Below, one piece after another: positions 10,419-19,598 of a stretch of DNA of 64,000 nt (within the stretch, counting starts at the first letter, position 1; each line of letters starts with the position of its first letter). The translations under genes were made by a program, and so were the position numbers. The DNA is from an uncultured Alloprevotella sp. Lineage in GTDB: Bacteria; Bacteroidota; Bacteroidia; Bacteroidales; Bacteroidaceae. The DNA is taken from positions 466 to 64,465 of the forward strand of contig CALUNU010000013.1 of assembly GCA_944322095.1 (NCBI GenBank). Reading direction: 5' to 3'. Under the pieces are notes generated by a model. That model saw only the letters and a list, made by a program, of their open reading frames with translations, did no database searches and was not told where the DNA came from.

Positions 10419-11615
10419 GTGCAGTGGACTGATCGCATGAAGCAGGTGAAGGTGGCGCTCGTGGTGGCGGCCGTGGTCATAGCGGCGGCGTCGCTCGTTG
10501 TGTCGCACGCCCTGACGCGCGACCTCTCGCGCCAGGAGCAGCAGAACATGAAGGTGTGGGCCGAGGCCATGCGCTCGCTGCGGGCTGCCGACGAAACGAC
10601 CGACCTCAACCTCGTGCTGGCCGTGCTGGGCGGCAACAGCTCCATCCCCGTTGTCGTGCTCGACGGCGAAGGCGGCGTCACCACCTTCCGCAACATCGAC
10701 ATAGACGCCCGCACGGCGGCCGACAGCACGGCCTTTCTCCTGCGCCGTGCGCGGGCCATGCAGGCTGCCGGGCGCGTCGTGACGCTCTCGCTGGCGCCGC
10801 CCGAGGTGGAGCGCCCCGCCCGCGAGGACGTCATCTACGTGTGCTACGACGAGTCGCTCATGCTGCGCCGCCTGGCGTCCTATCCCTACGTACAGCTGGG
10901 AGTGGTCGGCCTGTTTATAGCGCTGGCCATCTTTGCCCTGCTCTCCTCGAAGCGGGCCGAGCAGAACAAGGTGTGGGTGGGCCTGTCGAAGGAAACGGCC
11001 CACCAGCTGGGCACGCCCATCTCCTCGCTCATGGCCTGGCAGGAGGTGCTTGCCGAGACCTATCCCGACGACCCCTTGCTGCCCGAGATGCGCAAGGACG
11101 TGCGCCGCTTGGAGCTCATTGCCGAGCGCTTTTCGAAGATAGGCTCGCGCCCCGAGCTCCGGGAGGAAAACCTGCCCGACGTGATAGGCCGCGTGGTGGA
11201 GTATATAGGCCGCCGCACGAGCGACCGCGTGACGCTCAGCGTGAGCTATCCCGGCGACGTGGTGCACGTGTGGATGAACGCTCCCTTGTTCGAATGGGTG
11301 GTCGAGAACCTCTGCAAAAACGCCATCGACGCCATGCACGGCGAGGGCAGCATCTCCATCTACGTGAGCCGCCGCGGCGGCCGGGTGGTCATCGACGTCA
11401 AGGATACGGGCTGCGGCATCCGCGCGCGCCACTTCCGCAGCGTTTTCAAGCCCGGCTTCACCACGAAAAAGCGCGGCTGGGGCTTGGGCCTCTCGCTGGC
11501 CAAGCGCATCGTCGAGGAGTATCACCGCGGCCGCATCTACGTCAAGCAGAGCGAGCCGGGCCGCGGCACCACCTTCTGCATCGAGTTGCCGGCCGGTGCG
11601 CCCGGCGAGGCCTGA
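10419..11615 (+). CDS. Membrane sensor histidine kinase (orphan)
   Basis: Two TM segments, H-box ETAHQLGTP, N-box ENLCKNAIDA, DVKDTGCGI and GWGLGLSL G-boxes. GTG start. Confidence 0.9.
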   Translation: MQWTDRMKQVKVALVVAAVVIAAASLVVSHALTRDLSRQEQQNMKVWAEAMRSLRAADETTDLNLVLAVLGGNSSIPVVVLDGEGGVTTFRNIDIDARTAADSTAFLLRRARAMQAAGRVVTLSLAPPEVERPAREDVIYVCYDESLMLRRLASYPYVQLGVVGLFIALAIFALLSSKRAEQNKVWVGLSKETAHQLGTPISSLMAWQEVLAETYPDDPLLPEMRKDVRRLELIAERFSKIGSRPELREENLPDVIGRVVEYIGRRTSDRVTLSVSYPGDVVHVWMNAPLFEWVVENLCKNAIDAMHGEGSISIYVSRRGGRVVIDVKDTGCGIRARHFRSVFKPGFTTKKRGWGLGLSLAKRIVEEYHRGRIYVKQSEPGRGTTFCIELPAGAPGEA

Positions 11616-11631
11616 CGCCGGCCCCAAAAGC

Positions 11632-11673
11632 AAATCAGCGGGCTGCATACGTGCGTATGCAGCCCGCTGATTT
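11632..11673. terminator. Perfect 20-bp hairpin between convergent genes, likely a bidirectional terminator
   Basis: AAATCAGCGGGCTGCATACG-TG-CGTATGCAGCCCGCTGATTT with A- and T-rich flanks. Confidence 0.75.
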
Positions 11674-11699
11674 TGTTTGCCTGCCAGCAACCGGGGGCG

Positions 11700-14561
11700 T
11701 CATCCCTGCTTCTTGCCGATGGTGAACTTGTAGATGACGTGCAGCACGACGAAGCGCTCGAAGCTGTTCATCCGTGTGGTATAGTTGGCGTAGGCCGAAG
11801 TGCTGTGGACGTCGCTCGTCTGCCCGGCCAGGATGTCGGTGGCTTCGAGCTTGAGGGTGAGGTTTTTGTCTTTCAGGAAGTCCTGCGCGATGTGGGCGTT
11901 CCAGATGAGCTGGTCGGTGTTATAGTTGTCGATGAGGTAACGGCGCCGGCTGTACACCATGAAATCGGTGCCGAGCGACATGCCCCACGGCGTGGTGTAC
12001 GACAGATCGACGTCGTAGTCGAAGGTAATGCCGCGCTCGTTGCTTTCGGGTTGCAGGCTGCTGAGCGACTGCTCGGGCATGACATGGGCCGAGACGCTGG
12101 CAAAGAATTTGTCGCGCCGGTAGCTCAGGCCCAGGATGGCGTTCTGCGAATGGTAGCGCACGGTGTTGAGCTGCGCGGGGCCGCTGCCCAGCGTCAGGTA
12201 GCCGTGGCTCGTGTTGTGGGTGCCGCCGAAGCTGGCGTTCATGTTCCAGCGCTTCTCACGGTCGAGCGTGAGGGTGATGCCGGTGCCGCCGTAGATGTTC
12301 CAGTTGCCGTCGACGTTGACGGTGCGCGTGTGGTAGTAGCCCGTCGCTTTGTTGTATTCCATCACCTTCGTCGTGGCGCGCCGCGTGTTGCCGGCCCCGG
12401 CGTAGGCGTAGAGGCTGAGCTGCTGCGGTTCGAAGAAGGTGTTGAAGTTGAGCCCGTAGCTGTTTGTCCACGAGTCTTTCAGGTCGGGGTTGCCTTCGGA
12501 GGAGCTTTGCGGGTTGTTGTCGTCCGTCACGGGCAGCAGCGAGAGGAGCGAGGGGGCGCTGTTGGAGCCCGAATAGCTGCCTTGGAGCGAGGTGCGGTCG
12601 TTGAACTTGTATTTCAGCCGGGCCTGCGGGTACATTTGGAGCCGGCCCCGGCTGCGCCGTGTGGTGAGCACGTCCGGGCGGTCGTACCAGAGGGTCTGGT
12701 CTTGCCAGATAAAGGGCAGCATGGCGCTGACCTCGAACTGTCCGGGCGAGCCCGAGAGCGACGTGTTGAAGTAGTGGTTGCGCTCCATCTCGGTGACGTA
12801 GCGCGTGTTGTCGTTGAGCAGGTGGCCCAGCTCGGCAAGGCGCTCGGGCCGCTGGCTCACGGGGTGGAGCTTCAGGTCGGTCCAGCCCGGCAGGCTTTCG
12901 AGCCGGTAGTATTCCTGGCCGCCCGTTACCTTGTTGAAACTGAAATTGTACGTGGTGGTCCACCACAGCTGGTGGCCCAGGCTGTGGCGGTAGCTGACGT
13001 AGCTCTCGGTCTTGCTGCGGCTGATCCGCGAGGGGTTAAACTGCCGGTTGGGCTCGTGGCGCAGGCCACCCTCGTAGTAGCGCCCGTCGTAGAAGATGCC
13101 TTCGTCCCCGGTGCCGCGGGTGTAGTAGCCGTAGGTCGAAATGCTCAGCATGTGCTGCGTGCCGCGGAACTTGTGGGAGTATTCCGCCTTGGCCGAGACG
13201 TAATGGCTGCTCGTGCGTGTGTGGCTGCGCTCGTCCATGGTGTTGACGAGCAGGGCCTGGGTCTCGGGCGGCAGGTCGTCGCCCATGACGTAGTCGAGCG
13301 GGTTGCCGTCGAAGTGGTCGGCCGGGTCGGCGTTCATCGTGGCCGACGCGGCGTGGTAGTCGGTGCGGCGACGGGTCTTGTTGACGTAGGCCTGCACGTT
13401 GAGGAAGTTGAGCGTGTCGATGTTGAGGGTGTAATAGATGTCGCCGCTGAGCCTCTCGTTCATGCTTGCGGAGCGGCTGCGCGAGTTCCACCACACGGCG
13501 TCCTGGCCGGGCAGGAAGTTTTCCTGCCACTGGTCGCGACGCAGGTCGGTGTTGTCGTGGTCGAAGTTGACCGAGGCGTTGAGCTCCTGGTAGCCGGGGG
13601 CGTCTTTCTTGTCCTTGCTGTTCCAGCCCACAGAGAGGGCCGCGCCCCGCAGGGTGCTCCATCCCGCGCGCCAGCCGCTGTTGTACCAGTTGCCGTTCCG
13701 ATCCACGCGGGCGTCGCCGTTAAGGTTGTTGGCCAGACCCGAGAGCCCCACTTGCAGCCTGTCCGAGAAACGGGAGATGAAGGCCCGTCCCGTCCATTTC
13801 TCCTTGTGTCCGCCGCCGGCGTCGAGGTTGCCCAGCCACGTTCCCCGGTATTCTTTTTTGATGCCCACGTCGATGACGGTGGTGCGCTCGCCGTCGTCGA
13901 TGCCCGTGCGCTCGGTCATGTCGCTTTTCTTGTCGTAAAGCTTGAGGTTCTCCACCATTTCGGCCGGCAGGTTCCTGAGGGCGGTGGCTATGTCGCCGCC
14001 AAAGAAGCGCCGGCCGTTCACAAGGAGGCTTTCCACCTTTTTGCCCTGCCATACGAGGTTGCCTTCTTCGTCCATCGTGACGCCCGGCATCTGCGAAATC
14101 ATGGCCGAGAGCGTGGAGCCGGCGTCGAGCAGCATCGTCTTGGCGCTGTAAACAAACGTGTCCTTGCGTATGGTGAGGTTGGTGGCCTTGCCCGTTGCGG
14201 TGGCCTCGCCCAGACGGATGGCGTTGGGCTTTAGGCGCACGGTGCCCACGTCGGCCACGGGCTTGCCGGCCGTCAGGCTGACGCGGCGCGTGTAGGTGTC
14301 GAAGCCCACGCCCGAGAGGCGCAGGCGGTAAGTGGCGGCCGAGTCGGTTTCGACGTTGAAGCGCCCCTTGTCGTCGGTGAGGGCCACGGCATAGAGCGTC
14401 GAGTCGGCCGTGAGGAGCTGGGCCGAAATGAAGGGCAGGGCCTCGCCCGTTTTGTCGTCGAGGGCGGTGCCGCGCACGGAGAGGGTCTGGGCCGCGGCGG
14501 GCAGCAGCGTTGCGCCGAGGGCGGCCGGGAGGAGCAGAAGGAGCCGTAAGAGCTGTTTCAT
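11700..14561 (-). CDS. Outer-membrane beta-barrel protein with N-terminal carboxypeptidase-regulatory-like domain (TonB-receptor-like, 953 aa)
   Basis: Signal peptide, then VRGTALDDKTGEALPF, DTFVY, and LLVNGRRFFGGD..ALRNLPAEMVENLKLYDKKSD plug-like segment. Alternating aromatic beta strands to the C-terminus. Confidence 0.8.
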   Translation of the reverse strand: MKQLLRLLLLLPAALGATLLPAAAQTLSVRGTALDDKTGEALPFISAQLLTADSTLYAVALTDDKGRFNVETDSAATYRLRLSGVGFDTYTRRVSLTAGKPVADVGTVRLKPNAIRLGEATATGKATNLTIRKDTFVYSAKTMLLDAGSTLSAMISQMPGVTMDEEGNLVWQGKKVESLLVNGRRFFGGDIATALRNLPAEMVENLKLYDKKSDMTERTGIDDGERTTVIDVGIKKEYRGTWLGNLDAGGGHKEKWTGRAFISRFSDRLQVGLSGLANNLNGDARVDRNGNWYNSGWRAGWSTLRGAALSVGWNSKDKKDAPGYQELNASVNFDHDNTDLRRDQWQENFLPGQDAVWWNSRSRSASMNERLSGDIYYTLNIDTLNFLNVQAYVNKTRRRTDYHAASATMNADPADHFDGNPLDYVMGDDLPPETQALLVNTMDERSHTRTSSHYVSAKAEYSHKFRGTQHMLSISTYGYYTRGTGDEGIFYDGRYYEGGLRHEPNRQFNPSRISRSKTESYVSYRHSLGHQLWWTTTYNFSFNKVTGGQEYYRLESLPGWTDLKLHPVSQRPERLAELGHLLNDNTRYVTEMERNHYFNTSLSGSPGQFEVSAMLPFIWQDQTLWYDRPDVLTTRRSRGRLQMYPQARLKYKFNDRTSLQGSYSGSNSAPSLLSLLPVTDDNNPQSSSEGNPDLKDSWTNSYGLNFNTFFEPQQLSLYAYAGAGNTRRATTKVMEYNKATGYYHTRTVNVDGNWNIYGGTGITLTLDREKRWNMNASFGGTHNTSHGYLTLGSGPAQLNTVRYHSQNAILGLSYRRDKFFASVSAHVMPEQSLSSLQPESNERGITFDYDVDLSYTTPWGMSLGTDFMVYSRRRYLIDNYNTDQLIWNAHIAQDFLKDKNLTLKLEATDILAGQTSDVHSTSAYANYTTRMNSFERFVVLHVIYKFTIGKKQG

Positions 14562-14635
14562 AGTAGGATGGTTTTATGGTCTGCCCAGCCGCGCATTCCG
14601 GGGCGGCCGGGATGTGTTTTTTCTCTTTTGACGGA

Positions 14636-14664
14636 CAAAGGTAAAAAGTTTTTACCCCCCCAAA
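14636..14664 (-). promoter_or_regulatory. Promoter of the beta-barrel gene overlapped by a 17-bp palindrome
   Basis: Minus strand TTTG (14664-14661), 17 nt, TACCTTTG (14643-14636). Palindrome GGTAAAAA-G-TTTTTACC at 14640-14656 and a C7A8 tract at 14655-14669. Confidence 0.55.
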
Positions 14665-14842
14665 AAAAAGAAAAGAAATTCTTATGCGCCCGCCATTATT
14701 TTTACAGGACGGGCGGACGTCCGCCCCATCGCCGGCGGCGGAGAAAAGCAAGCCGGCAGCCACGGTTTCCGTCGGACGCGGGCCGTGGCGTTTCTCCATT
14801 ATATATAGAAGGTTGGCGGTGAGCCAAGAGCAGCCTTCATGA

Positions 14843-14976
14843 AAAACCTTCGGCTTTTCGCCACCCTTTCCGCTCATTTGCACTATCTTTGGCTTCGTCC
14901 AAGATAGGCTGCGGTTCGGAAAAGGAAAGAAAAACGTTGTTTTCCTTTCCTTTTCTCTCACCTTGCACTATCTTTG
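14843..14976 (+). repeat. Second locus of the ~85-bp palindromic repeat family
   Basis: ccttcggcttttcgcca..ctttccgctcatttgc.cta.ctttg matches ~9563-9608. aggctgcgg.tcgg..aggaaagaaaa...tttcctttcc..ttctctc.ccttgc.cta.cttt matches the 9369-9438 unit. Confidence 0.85.
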
Positions 14977-15026
14977 TCCCGCGGGCTTGCTCGTGCTGCC
15001 CGGAAAACGATAAAGAGCATTTTGAT

Positions 15027-15782
15027 ATGAAATTGATATCCTGGAACGTCAACGGCCTGCGGGCTTGTGTGGAGAAAGGCTTCCGCGAGGCTTTTGCAGC
15101 GCTGGATGCCGACGTGGTGTGCTTGCAGGAAACGAAGTTGCAGGCGGGACAACTCGACCTGGCCTTCGAGGGCTACGAGGCTTTTTGGAACTATGCCGAG
15201 AAAAAAGGCTATTCGGGCACGGCCGTCTTTACGCGGCGGCGGCCCGTGGCCGTCAGCTACGGGCTGGGGCTGCCCGACCACGACCGCGAGGGACGCGTCG
15301 TTACGCTCGACTTCGATACGTTCCGTCTCGTGACGGTTTATACGCCCAATTCGCAGGACGGGCTGCGGCGTCTCGACTACCGCATGGCGTGGGACGACGC
15401 TTTCAGAGCCTACGTGCAGCGTTTGGACGAGGAGAAACCTGTCGTCGTGTGCGGAGATTTGAACGTGGCACACCAGGAAATAGACCTGAAAAACCCGAAG
15501 ACCAACCGTCGCAACGCAGGGTTTACCGACGAAGAGCGGGCAAAGTTCGGCGAGCTGCTCCAAGCGGGCTTCGTCGATACGTTCCGCCATTTTTATCCCA
15601 CGCTCGAAGGAGCTTACTCGTGGTGGTCGTACCGCTTCCGCGCCCGCGAAAAGAACGCGGGCTGGCGCATCGACTATTTTCTGGCCTCGCAGCGCCTCGT
15701 GCCCCGCATGACGGGGGCCTCGATCCACTCGGAAATCTTCGGGTCGGACCATTGCCCCGTCGAAGTCGACCTCGACCTTTGA
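15027..15782 (+). CDS. xth: Exodeoxyribonuclease III / AP endonuclease (251 aa)
   Basis: MKLISWNVNGLRA, LQETK, GDLNVAH, GWRIDYF, GSDHCP motifs. Confidence 0.96.
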   Translation: MKLISWNVNGLRACVEKGFREAFAALDADVVCLQETKLQAGQLDLAFEGYEAFWNYAEKKGYSGTAVFTRRRPVAVSYGLGLPDHDREGRVVTLDFDTFRLVTVYTPNSQDGLRRLDYRMAWDDAFRAYVQRLDEEKPVVVCGDLNVAHQEIDLKNPKTNRRNAGFTDEERAKFGELLQAGFVDTFRHFYPTLEGAYSWWSYRFRAREKNAGWRIDYFLASQRLVPRMTGASIHSEIFGSDHCPVEVDLDL

Positions 15783-15835
15783 GCCGCGGCGGGTACGGCT
15801 CTCTCACCGCCTGAACAATCAAAACAGATATAACG

Positions 15836-17596
15836 ATGAAAGACTTTTTCAAGTATCTCCTTGCCACGATATTGGGTATCGTGTGCGTAGGCGTGTTTAC
15901 GGGCATCATCAGCTTTGTGATGCTCATGGCCGTTGTCGTGGCCGGCAACGCCAAGCCCGAGGTGGCCGACGGCAGCGTGCTGCGGCTGCGCCTCACGGGT
16001 ACGCTCTCCGAGCGGGCCACGGACGATCCGATGGCTCTCTTCACGGGTAATACCGTCATGACCGAGCAGGGGCTCGACGACATGCTGGCTGCCATCCGCG
16101 TGGCCAAGGCAAACCCGAACATCGCCGGCATATATATCGAGGGCGGCGTGCTGGGCGCCGATTTTGCCTCGCTCGAAGAGCTGCGCCGGGCTGTGGTCGA
16201 CTTTAAGAAGTCGGGCAAGTTTGTCCTTGCCTACGGCGACAACTATACGCAAGGCGCCTACTATGTGGCATCGGCCGCCGACAAGGTGCTGCTCAACCCC
16301 AGCGGCATGCTCGACTGGCACGGCATCTCCTCGCAACCCGTCTTCTACAAAGAGCTGCTCGACAAAATTGGCGTGCGCATGCAGGTGTTCCGCGTGGGGA
16401 CGTTCAAAAGCGCCGTCGAACCCTACACGCTGACGGAGATGAGCCCCGCCAACCGGGCACAAGTGCAGTCGTTCATCGACGACATCTGGGGAAACATCTG
16501 TAAAGACGTGGCCGCGTCGCGACGTCTCAAAGCCGACTCGCTCGATGCCTTGGCCGACCGTTATGTGACCTTCTCCGACGCACAAAGCTACGTGAAAATG
16601 GGCCTCATCGACGGCCTTACCTACATAGACGGCGTGCGGACGCAGCTGCGCGCCCTGACCGGCACGGACGACCTGCACATGGTCGAGGCCCACGAGCTGG
16701 CTACGCTCGACGAACCGGCAGGACACGACGACAAGGTGGCCGTCTATTATGCTTACGGCAGCATCGTGGACCAGAGCACGGCCAGCCCCTTCGGCGGATC
16801 GGCCGAGATCGTGGGCGCGAAAGTGGTGGACGACCTCGACCGCCTGATGAACGACGACGATGTTAAGGCCGTCGTGCTGCGCATCAACTCGGGAGGCGGC
16901 TCAGCCTACGCCTCGGAACAAATGTGGCACGCCGTACAGCTTCTGCGCCAGAAGAAACCTGTCGTTGTTTCGATGGGAGGCATGGCTGCTTCGGGCGGAT
17001 ATTATATGGCCTGCGGGGCCGACTGCATTTATGCCGAGCACACCACGCTGACGGGCAGCATCGGCATCTTCGGCATGGTGCCCGACGCCTCGGGCCTGCT
17101 CACGGAGAAATTGGGCCTCCACTTCGACGTGGTAAAGACGAACGAAGCTGCCGATTTCGGCGCGCTGGGCCGCCCCTTCAACGAGCGGGAGAGCGCATCA
17201 ATGCAGCAATACGTCAACAACGGCTACCGGCTCTTCCTCAACCGCGTGGCCGCGGGACGCAAGATGCGCGTGGCCGATGTCGACAGCATAGCTCAGGGCC
17301 GCGTGTGGACGGGAGCACAGGCTGTGAAGATAAAGCTCGTGGATAAGCTGGGTACGCTGGACGAGGCCGTGGCCGAAGCTGCCCGCCGCGCCGGCGTGAA
17401 GCGTTACGACGTGACGTATGCGCCCGCTGCCCTGTCGTGGGTCGACCAGTTGATGGAGACAGCCACGTCCGATTACATGGAAAACCGCGTGCGCTCGGCC
17501 CTCGGAGCCTATTACGAGCCGCTGATGTTTATTGAAAGTCTCGAAGGGAGCAACGCCCTGCAAGCGCGCATTCCGTTCGAACCCAATCTCCATTAA
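15836..17596 (+). CDS. sppA: Signal peptide peptidase SppA, 67K type
   Basis: N-terminal TM, two S49 domains, FKSAVEPY, RINSGGGSA, VSMGGMAASGGY, QGRVWTG. Confidence 0.93.
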   Translation: MKDFFKYLLATILGIVCVGVFTGIISFVMLMAVVVAGNAKPEVADGSVLRLRLTGTLSERATDDPMALFTGNTVMTEQGLDDMLAAIRVAKANPNIAGIYIEGGVLGADFASLEELRRAVVDFKKSGKFVLAYGDNYTQGAYYVASAADKVLLNPSGMLDWHGISSQPVFYKELLDKIGVRMQVFRVGTFKSAVEPYTLTEMSPANRAQVQSFIDDIWGNICKDVAASRRLKADSLDALADRYVTFSDAQSYVKMGLIDGLTYIDGVRTQLRALTGTDDLHMVEAHELATLDEPAGHDDKVAVYYAYGSIVDQSTASPFGGSAEIVGAKVVDDLDRLMNDDDVKAVVLRINSGGGSAYASEQMWHAVQLLRQKKPVVVSMGGMAASGGYYMACGADCIYAEHTTLTGSIGIFGMVPDASGLLTEKLGLHFDVVKTNEAADFGALGRPFNERESASMQQYVNNGYRLFLNRVAAGRKMRVADVDSIAQGRVWTGAQAVKIKLVDKLGTLDEAVAEAARRAGVKRYDVTYAPAALSWVDQLMETATSDYMENRVRSALGAYYEPLMFIESLEGSNALQARIPFEPNLH

Positions 17597-17607
17597 CCAC
17601 AGCCAGC

Positions 17608-18699
17608 ATGGCGCGGCCGTTTAAGACCTATCCGCTGTTGCTCCCCTTCGCCTGCCTTTACGGGCTCGGCGTAAGGGTGCGCACGGCCTTGTTCGACAGC
17701 GGTAGGTGGCCGGAGCGGCGTTTTTCCCTTCCTCTCATCGGCGTGGGCAATCTGGCCGTCGGCGGTACCGGCAAGACGCCCCACACCGAATACCTTGTGC
17801 GGTTGCTCTCGCCGCGGTGGCGCACGGCTGTGCTGAGTCGTGGCTACGGCCGGCGCACGCGGGGCTTCCGCTTGGTGGCGACCGACGACGCTGCGGCCGA
17901 CGTGGGCGACGAGCCGTTGCAGATGAAGCGCCATTTCCCGGCTGTCACGGTGGCTGTCGACGCCGACCGGTGTGAGGGAATAGACAACCTGTTGGATCGT
18001 GGTGCCGAAGCGCCGCAGGTGATTGTGCTCGACGACGTTTATCAGCACCGCCACGTGCGCCCGGGGCTCAACATATTGCTCACAGATTACAGCCGCCTTT
18101 ACGTTGACGACTGCCTGCTGCCCGCGGGACGCTTGCGCGAGCCTGCCGCTGCGAGCCACAGAGCCGATGTGGTCATCGTAACCAAATGTCCGCCCGGTCT
18201 GACAGCGGAAAGCCGGGCCGACGTGGAGCGCCGCCTGGGTTTGGCGTCTAAACAACGCTTGTTTTTTTCTACATTGGGCTATATGCCGCCGTCGCCTTTG
18301 GATGAAGGTTCGAGGCCCTCCGGCTCCATATCTCTGGACGGCCGCCACGTTTTGCTGGTGGCAGGCATCGCGCGTCCGCAGCCGCTCATCGACGAATTGC
18401 AACGCCGCGGCGCCGCCGTGACGCCCCTGCTTTTTGCCGACCACCACGCCTTTACGCCCCGCGACGTGCGGCGCATTGCAGCGGCTTACGACCGTCTGCC
18501 GCGCGAGAGCCGCCTCATCGTCACGACCGAAAAGGATGCAGCCCGCCTCTCGCCCCGCGTAATGCCCGACGCCCACCTGCGGGCCGCCACGTGGGTGCAA
18601 CCCGTCGGCATCCGCTTTGTCGACGGAAAGGAAAGACAGTTTAATCAACTCATCATAGACTATGTTAGCAGAAATTCAGCAAACAGCCCAATGGATTAA
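17608..18699 (+). CDS. lpxK: Tetraacyldisaccharide 4'-kinase
   Basis: GVGNLAVGGTGKTP, VLSRGYGR, GDEPLQM, LDDVYQH, LLPAGRLREP. Confidence 0.95.
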   Translation: MARPFKTYPLLLPFACLYGLGVRVRTALFDSGRWPERRFSLPLIGVGNLAVGGTGKTPHTEYLVRLLSPRWRTAVLSRGYGRRTRGFRLVATDDAAADVGDEPLQMKRHFPAVTVAVDADRCEGIDNLLDRGAEAPQVIVLDDVYQHRHVRPGLNILLTDYSRLYVDDCLLPAGRLREPAAASHRADVVIVTKCPPGLTAESRADVERRLGLASKQRLFFSTLGYMPPSPLDEGSRPSGSISLDGRHVLLVAGIARPQPLIDELQRRGAAVTPLLFADHHAFTPRDVRRIAAAYDRLPRESRLIVTTEKDAARLSPRVMPDAHLRAATWVQPVGIRFVDGKERQFNQLIIDYVSRNSANSPMD

Positions 18700-19474
18700 G
18701 GAGCGCGTGGCCGTTCTGCCCCGCACAGCCATCGTCCTTGGGACGGGCCTGGGCCGCCTTGCCGCCGAAATAGAGGTAGAGCAGGAGTTCCCTTACGCCG
18801 ACATTCCCCATTTTCCCGTTTCCACCGTCGAGGGCCACAGCGGCCGCCTGCTTTTCGGTCGTCTCGGGGGAAAGGAAATCATGGCCCTCGAAGGGCGCTT
18901 CCATTACTACGAAGGATACGACATGAAGCAGGTGACGTTTCCCGTCCGCGTCATGTATGAGCTCGGCATACGCACGCTCTTTGTGAGCAACGCCGCAGGT
19001 GGCGTCAATCCCGACTTTGAAATTGGCGATCTGATGCTTATCCGCGACCACATCAACTTCTTGCCCGAGCATCCGCTGCGGGGAAAAAACTTTCCCACCG
19101 GTCCCCGCTTCCCCGACATGCACGAGGCGTACGACCATGCCCTGCTCGAAATGGCGCGCACCATCGCGCGGGAGAAGGGCATCCGCGTGGTAGAGGGCGT
19201 ATATCTCGCCACGCAAGGCCCTACCTACGAGACGCCGGCCGAATATAAGATGTACCGCACGTTTGGTGCCGACGCAGTGGGCATGAGCACCGTGCCCGAG
19301 GTCATTGTGGCCCACCACTGCGGCATACGTGTCTTTGGCGTGAGCGTTATTACCGACCTGGGCGTCGAAGGCCGCATCGTCGAGGTGAGCCACGAGGAGG
19401 TGCAGCGCGCAGCCAACGAGGTGCAGCCCCTCATGGCCGACATATTCCGCGAAATGATACGCCGCATCGACTGA
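18662..19474 (+). CDS. punA: Purine-nucleoside phosphorylase
   Basis: IVLGTGLG, STVEGHSG, GRFHYYEG, GPTYETPAE, GADAVGMSTVPE. Overlaps the lpxK 3' end. Confidence 0.94.
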   Translation: MLAEIQQTAQWIKERVAVLPRTAIVLGTGLGRLAAEIEVEQEFPYADIPHFPVSTVEGHSGRLLFGRLGGKEIMALEGRFHYYEGYDMKQVTFPVRVMYELGIRTLFVSNAAGGVNPDFEIGDLMLIRDHINFLPEHPLRGKNFPTGPRFPDMHEAYDHALLEMARTIAREKGIRVVEGVYLATQGPTYETPAEYKMYRTFGADAVGMSTVPEVIVAHHCGIRVFGVSVITDLGVEGRIVEVSHEEVQRAANEVQPLMADIFREMIRRID

Positions 19475-19509
19475 CGCCGCCGTTGCGTCGCAGCTGAGGA
19501 GCAAACGAA

Positions 19510-19554
19510 AACGCCGCCTGCCGTACTTCCATCGGGAAGAGGGCAGGCGGCGTT
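19510..19554. terminator. Bidirectional terminator-like hairpin between punA and argF'
   Basis: AACGCCGCCTGCC ... GGCAGGCGGCGTT, a 13-bp perfect stem. Confidence 0.7.
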
Positions 19555-19598
19555 GTTGTATGCCGCGCTGCGGTGAGCTGGTCTGCCGCGGGCGTGCG

